DNA of 64,000 nucleotides, taken from NCBI GenBank assembly GCA_002269645.1, contig NIVC01001103.1, positions 1-64,000 on the forward strand. The letters run 5' to 3'. This document shows positions 58,003 through 64,000 of this stretch, piece after piece; the stretch's first letter is position 1; each line of letters opens with the position of its first letter. The DNA is from Macrostomum lignano (lineage: Eukaryota). Both the position numbers and the translations under genes were made by a program. The notes beneath the pieces are model-generated. The model did not search any database. It was not told where the DNA came from and worked only from the letters and a program-made list of their open reading frames with translations.

Positions 58003-58805
58003 CAACAACAACAACAAATTACGCCCCAGGGTCGATGTTGGGCGTCACAGGTCGCGCCTCAGAGCACGGGATCGGAGAAAGGCCGGTCCACCGGCCTGGT
58101 CGGGGGCGCCAGCATCGGCCAGCAGGCAGTCCGGATACCGCCGAGTGCGCGCCTGCCCCCGCCGGAAGGGCGCCGGGAGCGCAAGCAGCAGCGTCTCCTG
58201 CGCCGGCTCGGGGCAGTACGCCTCAGCGCGGATGAGGTGGCCTGCCAGCTGGAGCCGCCGGCGGCGGAGCAGATCGCTGGGGCGGGCCAGGCGAGCTCGG
58301 GCGTACAGCGCCACGTTGGTGACATGCTCGCCGCCGCCGATCTTGAAGGCAGCGCGCAGCAGGCCGGCGTGCGCTGCGTCGACCTGTCGCTCGAGCGTCT
58401 CCGTCAGCGTCCATGTTTCAGCGTTGTAGAGCAGGACGGTCTCGATCACCGCCTGGAACAACGCCGAGCGCTGGCGGTCTGGCAGGGCCGCAGAGTGCAG
58501 GACGGTCCTCATGGAGTTGAAGGCCGCCCAAGCGAGTCCACGGCGACGCCTCAGGTCGTCGAAGGCGTCAGGTACCAAACCACCGAGGTATACGAACTGC
58601 TGAACACGCGGCAGCAGCGTCGCCTGCCCATCGGCGCCTCGGCAGTAGATGTCGGCTTGGATGTTGGTGGGCATGGTGAGCACGACGGTCTTTTGCGTGT
58701 TGATCACCAGGCCGACGCTCGCAGCAACGCCAACCAGACGGTCCAGCTGACGTTGGGGGCCCTCGACGGTTGAGGACAGCAGGGCGAGATCATCGGCGAG
58801 AACAC
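58003..58805 (-). mobile_element. 5'-truncated RTE-clade non-LTR retrotransposon (3' part of the RT ORF)
   Basis: ADDLALL...FVYLG...AWAAF......VLLYNAETWTLT...LLR....LAGHLIR, uninterrupted to the stop at 58045; (TTG)n tail; 12-bp TSD CAGCACATAAAA at 57991-58002 and 58806-58817. Confidence 0.9.
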
Positions 58806-60013
58806 CAGCACATAAAAGCAAGTAATTAAAAGTGCGAATACTAGTTTGCAACTGAGCAAAAGGTCAAACATAAGGTGCACCCGATAGAACAGGTCAAGAA
58901 GGCCTTTGACTCAACTGATCAAAGATTGATAAATAATAAAAATGCACTTTTAAATCATAAAAACTGCCTACGAGATGGTAACTTCTTAGCACAAAACTAG
59001 CAAAAATAGATCCCTAAGAACAAGTAGAAGATGTCATAGAAAATGAAAAAATAAGTCCCAGAATAAATACAAGGTAAAGAGGAAAAACTCAGAACTAGCC
59101 TACTGATAAAAGTAGAAGAGAAGGATATGAAAGCCTAGGTGGAATTCTAAGATTGCAAAAAGAGTAATAAATAATCAAAGCTTTACAATTATCTTGACCA
59201 GTTGAGAACGGCTTGGGCAAAACTGTACTCTTTCCTCTATAGAAAATCAATAATTAGTTCGTAAATTCTTACTGAGAGAAGTAAAGAGATAAAGAGGGAT
59301 AGAAAGAGAGAGACAGAGAGTACTCACAACTCTATCTCTCTGCTCAATCTAACTCGTCTTCACCTCGACTCATCCAGGTAAAAAGGCGGTGCCAAGATGA
59401 CGAGAAGCGTAGAGAAGAGATTGGGGAGGGCAGCGGGGAGGCGGTTGTTTGTGGGATCTGCAGGCTCTACAGCGGAGAGGATACAGCTGACTGGGGAGTT
59501 GACTGTTGAGCAGAGCGGGACGGGAATCCCGCAGATTAGCGGAGTGACTGTAGCGGAGATACGACTATACGGGCTATACAGGACAGTGAGCTCACAGCTC
59601 TGGCAACCTGAGAGATCGTTGGTCCAACTGCTCAACCCAAACTATAGGTCGGGCAGTATATTGAATAGCTAAGCCATGCTCAACTGCCTATCTCTGGCAG
59701 TATATATTAAGGATCAGATTCTCAACTAATCTGGAGCGTTAGAGTTAATTCTGAATCTTCCGCGAAACCATGAGCTACACGAACTACAACACTGTAACTA
59801 TGGTGATCAATGTCGTTTGCATTCTCTAGTATGCTTCTGTGTTCTATACTGATTTGCATTTGCAAATATTACAATACACTGTCCGTCACTCTAATTAATT
59901 AACTTACCCCTTTCCGACCAAAGTCGGAAAGCGCTAATGAAAGCCTCAAGGTTAAAATAGTCAGCGTTACCTGATTGTAAGAGACAAAATTGTTCTCGAC
60001 TGACGCCCAACAG

Positions 60014-60466
60014 GAGCAGCCGGCCTACGGCCAGTACACGAATCCCGTGATGCACCAGCCCGCAATCGTCGGTCAGCCAGTGGTGGTCACGCAGCCGATG
60101 TACACAACCACTGGAACAGCCAGCAGCGCCCAAGAGAAGGACTGGAACAGCGGCCTGTGCGGTTGTTGCGAGGACGTCTCCTCTTGCCTGTGCGTGTGGT
60201 GCTGCAGGCCCTGCTACCTCTGCTTCAGCCTGTCGCCTCGCATGGGTGAGCACTGCTGCACGCCGGTCTGTCTGAGCTGCGTTGACCCGTCCGGCTCTGC
60301 TCTGACTGTGCTAGTCTACCGCACTAAACTGCGAGCCAGGTACAACATTCGAGGCTGGGTGATCAACGATTGCTGCTGCTCAGTTTGCTGCGGCGCTCTG
60401 GTTGCCTGCCAGATTAAGAGAGAGCTGGACCACCTGGAGTCCTCGCTGGGTCGGCCGCCATTCTGA
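60014..60466 (+). CDS. PLAC8/cornifelin-family Cys-rich protein
   Basis: VVVTQP...DWNSGLCGCCEDVSSCLCVWCCRPC...RMGEHCC...YRTKLRARYNIRG..INDCC..CCGALVACQIKREL. Acceptor CTGAC...CAG at 60011-60013; tentative first exon 59770-59793 (MSYTNYNT). Confidence 0.88.
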   Translation, partial: EQPAYGQYTNPVMHQPAIVGQPVVVTQPMYTTTGTASSAQEKDWNSGLCGCCEDVSSCLCVWCCRPCYLCFSLSPRMGEHCCTPVCLSCVDPSGSALTVLVYRTKLRARYNIRGWVINDCCCSVCCGALVACQIKRELDHLESSLGRPPF

Positions 60467-60519
60467 GTTGGCTTTGTATTGGGGGCTTTGAAGTTTCTGA
60501 CATCCTGGTGTGAGCCGTG

Positions 60520-61262
60520 GGGATTTGTAGTGTTTGACATCCTATTAGTGTGAGCTATGAGGATTTGTAGTGTTTGACATCCTATTAGTGTGAGCTATGG
60601 GGATTTGTAGTGTTTGACATCCTATTAGTGTGAGCAATGGGGATTTGTAGTGTTTGACATCCTATTAGTGTGAGCTGTGGGGATTTGTAGTGTTTGACAT
60701 CCTATTAGTGTGAGCTGTGGGGATTTGTAGTGTTTGACATCCTATTAGTGTGAGCTATGGGGATTTGTAGTGTTTGACATCCTATTAGTGTGAGCTATGG
60801 GGATTTGTAGTGTTTGACATCCTATTAGTGTGAGCTATGGGGATTTGTAGTGTTTGACATCCTATTAGTGTGAGCTATGGGGATTTGTAGTGTTTGACAT
60901 CCTATTAGTGTGAGCTGTGGGGATTTGTAGTGTTTGACATCCTATTAGTGTGAGCTGTGGGGATTTGTAGTGTTTGACATCCTATTAGTGTGAGCTATGG
61001 GGATTTGTAGTGTTTGACATCCTATTAGTGTGAGCTATGGGGATTTGTAGTGTTTGACATCCTATTAGTGTGAGCTATGGGGATTTGTAGTGTTTGACAT
61101 CCTATTAGTGTGAGCTATGGGGATTTGTAGTGTTTGACATCCTATTAGTGTGAGCTATGAGGATTTGTAGTGTTTGACATCCTATTAGTGTGAGCTATGG
61201 GGATTTGTAGTGTTTGACATCCTATTAGTGTGAGCTGTGGGGATTTGTAGTGTTTGACATCC
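60520..61262. repeat. 40-bp minisatellite (GGGATTTGTAGTGTTTGACATCCTATTAGTGTGAGCTATG)n just after the PLAC8-like stop
   Basis: Period 40; about 18 near-identical copies. Confidence 0.94.
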
Positions 61263-62579
61263 CAGTGCGAGTCGAAGACTTCTTAAAGGAAGTATAGCTA
61301 CAGGTATTTAATTGGCCTATGAGGAAAGTTAATCAGGTTTTTCATTACTTTCGTAACCTGAAAGCTTTATTTCTGAGTGCTTAGTTTTTGTCGTGATGAC
61401 TACTGAATACAGCATATCTGTCCGCATGAGAATATTTAGTAGGAGAACTTTCTCTGACTCATTAAGGATTCAGATTGTTAGATAAACACAGAAATTGTTC
61501 GTGGTAATAGTTCCAGAAAATGTGTCTTAGGCTATACTCTGGAAACTCTCGTTTCTATGCTGAGTTTGAGAAAATTTATTTATAAACTCGATGAATACTT
61601 GGTCTTACGAGTAATCCAGGAAATCATATTTTTAAGCTTGAGCAACAGTTCCAGCTAAGATTTAGCAGTTTCTCAATTGCGTCCAATCTGTCAACAAGAT
61701 TTAATGTTACACGCGCGATGAAAGTCCTTTATGTTGATTTTTCCTTAAAAAAATTTTCACGTTCATGTTTAACCAGACTTTGATATGGTCTATTCGGTGC
61801 AACCGTATGCTTATCTTCTAGAAGCTGCGTGAAAAAGTGCATGATTGAGCAATTCGTCAGCTAGCTTTCAGTTTAATTCCCGACTTGGACACTTCTTTAT
61901 TTTTTAATTATTCAACTGAGAAAGTATGTACGATTGAAAAATCTGGGAAAAATTAAACAAATTATTTCGCGGCTAGGCAAAACTAAGTCGCGCATCGTGC
62001 CGGCAAGCTGATGATGATGATGCCAGTTGATGAACTCCTGGAGCATGCACTGTTCAGCATTCCGCAGGGCACCTTGACGAGCGCTTCGCTTTACGAAGTT
62101 TCTCATTTTTTTTCGAAGAACATCGATTTTTCTTAGAAATGAGCCGGGGAGGGTAAGGAGCGTGTACATTAGTCGTATACCGCTAATGCATTTCTCGATC
62201 AAATCTCGACCGAATTTGTCTATGGCGTAACCCCATTCAGCGCTATGTGTTCTCTATAGAGCATACCGAATGCACTGGCGATAGATACACCGGCCTCCAG
62301 CTCATTTCTAAGAAAATCGAGTGTGGGGTCCTTCTACTTCACTTGAGACGATCGTTTACATTCTATAGCCTAATAAGATACAATGCGCTAGGAAAGGAAG
62401 TAAGCAAATGTTCACCCAGTGTCATAATCTATTTAATCAACCCAAATCGTTGGACTGGTTGGACGAGTTATATCGGACCAGCAATTGGAGCAACAACCGT
62501 GGCATCTGCATTAACAACAACAGCGGCTTCGGCAGCTACATCTAATGGAACAACAACAGCGGCATATGAAGGTATCTAC

Positions 62580-62940
62580 TATTGAATCCTCTGCATCCTC
62601 AGCGCGATTCGTTAGGCTAGATGATGCAGAATTAAAAGCGGAACTGGGCCTCCGCTATTCCAGACAACACGCGTCGCAAAGAACCATTGGCCCTTAATGT
62701 GTTCAACGAGTGGCGAAATGCGCGCCAGAACGCAGTTTTTCGAGGAGAAACCAAAGGACTTCTTGTCTCCAAACCGATCAAAGAATTGAGTTGAGGCGAT
62801 TGGAACAATCTTCTGAGGCGATTCTTCTTCGAGGTGCGCAAACACGATGGGAGCAAGTACAACGCGTCAAGCCATCGAGGGCACTACTGTCTTTGGTTCA
62901 ACTGACGAACCTCGTCCATCCAAGAAGAGGAAGACATGGG
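62580..62940 (+). mobile_element. Crypton-like (tyrosine-recombinase DNA transposon / ZMYM-KCTD1-QRICH1-type) N-terminal fragment, frameshifted
   Basis: ARFVRLDDAELKAEL, then after a frameshift IPDNTRRKEPLALNVFNEWR...KELS*GDWNNLLRRFFFEVRKHDGSKYNASS; catalytic domain not seen. Confidence 0.6.
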
Positions 62941-64000
62941 AGTGACTATCTACATCTATACCATCAATAATGTGATGAACTTTCGGACAATTGTTAGCCA
63001 TGCTTAACTTCTTGTTGCACTTTTGCATTCATGTCGTTTCTGTGAAACGAGTTAAATTAAATAGTCTTAGTAGGTTAAGCATACTTTACAGTTAAAGTAT
63101 CGTACATGTACAACTTCGGGCATCGGAATGTCAGGTCCTTCCTGCCAGAGCACCTATCCATTTTAGCGTAATAGTTGTGTTTTAAGGGTTCCAAGCTACA
63201 CTACTGAAAGTAGATACACGATTTCTATATACCATGCATCTATGACGAAATTAATAAATGCACGACCAATTTAATATAACCATCATATTCATATTCCTCT
63301 AAAACGTAACTGTAGATTCGAAATCGGAACAAGTTTACTCAGCATTCAATATCTCTAATAAGCCATATAGCTACTTATCAGTCATAAATCACTTACAGAA
63401 GAGTCTCTGACAGTAGAATCGCGATTCTTTCGCGAGTCGTCTCAGTTTTCAATTGCATGCAGAACACTTACTTGCCGATAGAGTCCATGTCGGCAGGCGG
63501 GCTGGTAGAGTGTTTGCACTGTGCAAACCAGACTGCTTCACTATCGACGCGTCTCCCATCGTCAGGGCTGGATTGAACCGGGAACAGTACTCGGTTGCCA
63601 TGACTACGGAGGTAAAATAAAACATCTCGAAGCATTTTACATTGGACTGAGAACAAACACAGTTCGATCAATACAGCAAACGCACCATAGAGTTAAAAAG
63701 AAAGTAATGCTGCGGTTTGGAAATTCTTGATTTTCTGATTCGTCGAAGAACCAATGCAAGAGGCTGCTACTTTCTAGAGGGTAGAGACGTCACAGAACAT
63801 TAGCTCGTAGTAACCTGGCATTTAATAAATCTGATGGTAAGTACATTTGAGAAGGTGCGCAATATGCTTGCTTTTAACAGCTGTTCTGCACCGTAGATCG
63901 GCTGATTCGAAAGCTCTGCTTTGAATAACCATCACAGGTGGACCATTTTTGTAAGCCGCCGACAATGTTAGAGATGCCGGAGCTGAAGCGCATTCTGCAC

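Noticed and set aside
57961-58773. 270-aa + strand ORF
   Set aside because: Antisense shadow of the GC-rich RTE ORF.

Overview
Eukaryotic, intron-containing animal DNA. GC-rich exons, a minisatellite in nearly every long intron, and splice acceptors just upstream of start codons resemble the free-living flatworm Macrostomum (inference; not verifiable here). Ten genes can be reconstructed by hand. A + cluster holds ZnT7/SLC30A7, POP5, ATXN10 and CSTF1. It converges on a - cluster of FRMD6/expanded-like, SLC43-like, CHP1 and cytochrome b5-like. A short CEP164-like gene and a PLAC8/cornifelin-family gene follow on +. About 23 kb (roughly 36%, summed by hand) is tandem repeat. Mobile DNA includes nested MITEs with target-site duplications (TSDs), a CORE-type SINE, a decayed two-ORF PIF/Harbinger element, a mariner-like MITE, a young 5'-truncated RTE LINE and a Crypton-like fragment. 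Two signals stand out. (1) POP5 and the SLC43-like gene have no encoded ATG: their frames begin GTG immediately after a splice acceptor, as expected if the AUG at the 3' end of the flatworm spliced leader (SL) supplies the initiator Met. (2) A ~6 kb domain (43-49 kb) is almost devoid of CpG, with CG>TG/CA changes readable in transposon TIRs and codons, suggesting local germline 5mC. No rRNA, tRNA or CRISPR array is supported. Repeat boundaries are approximate.
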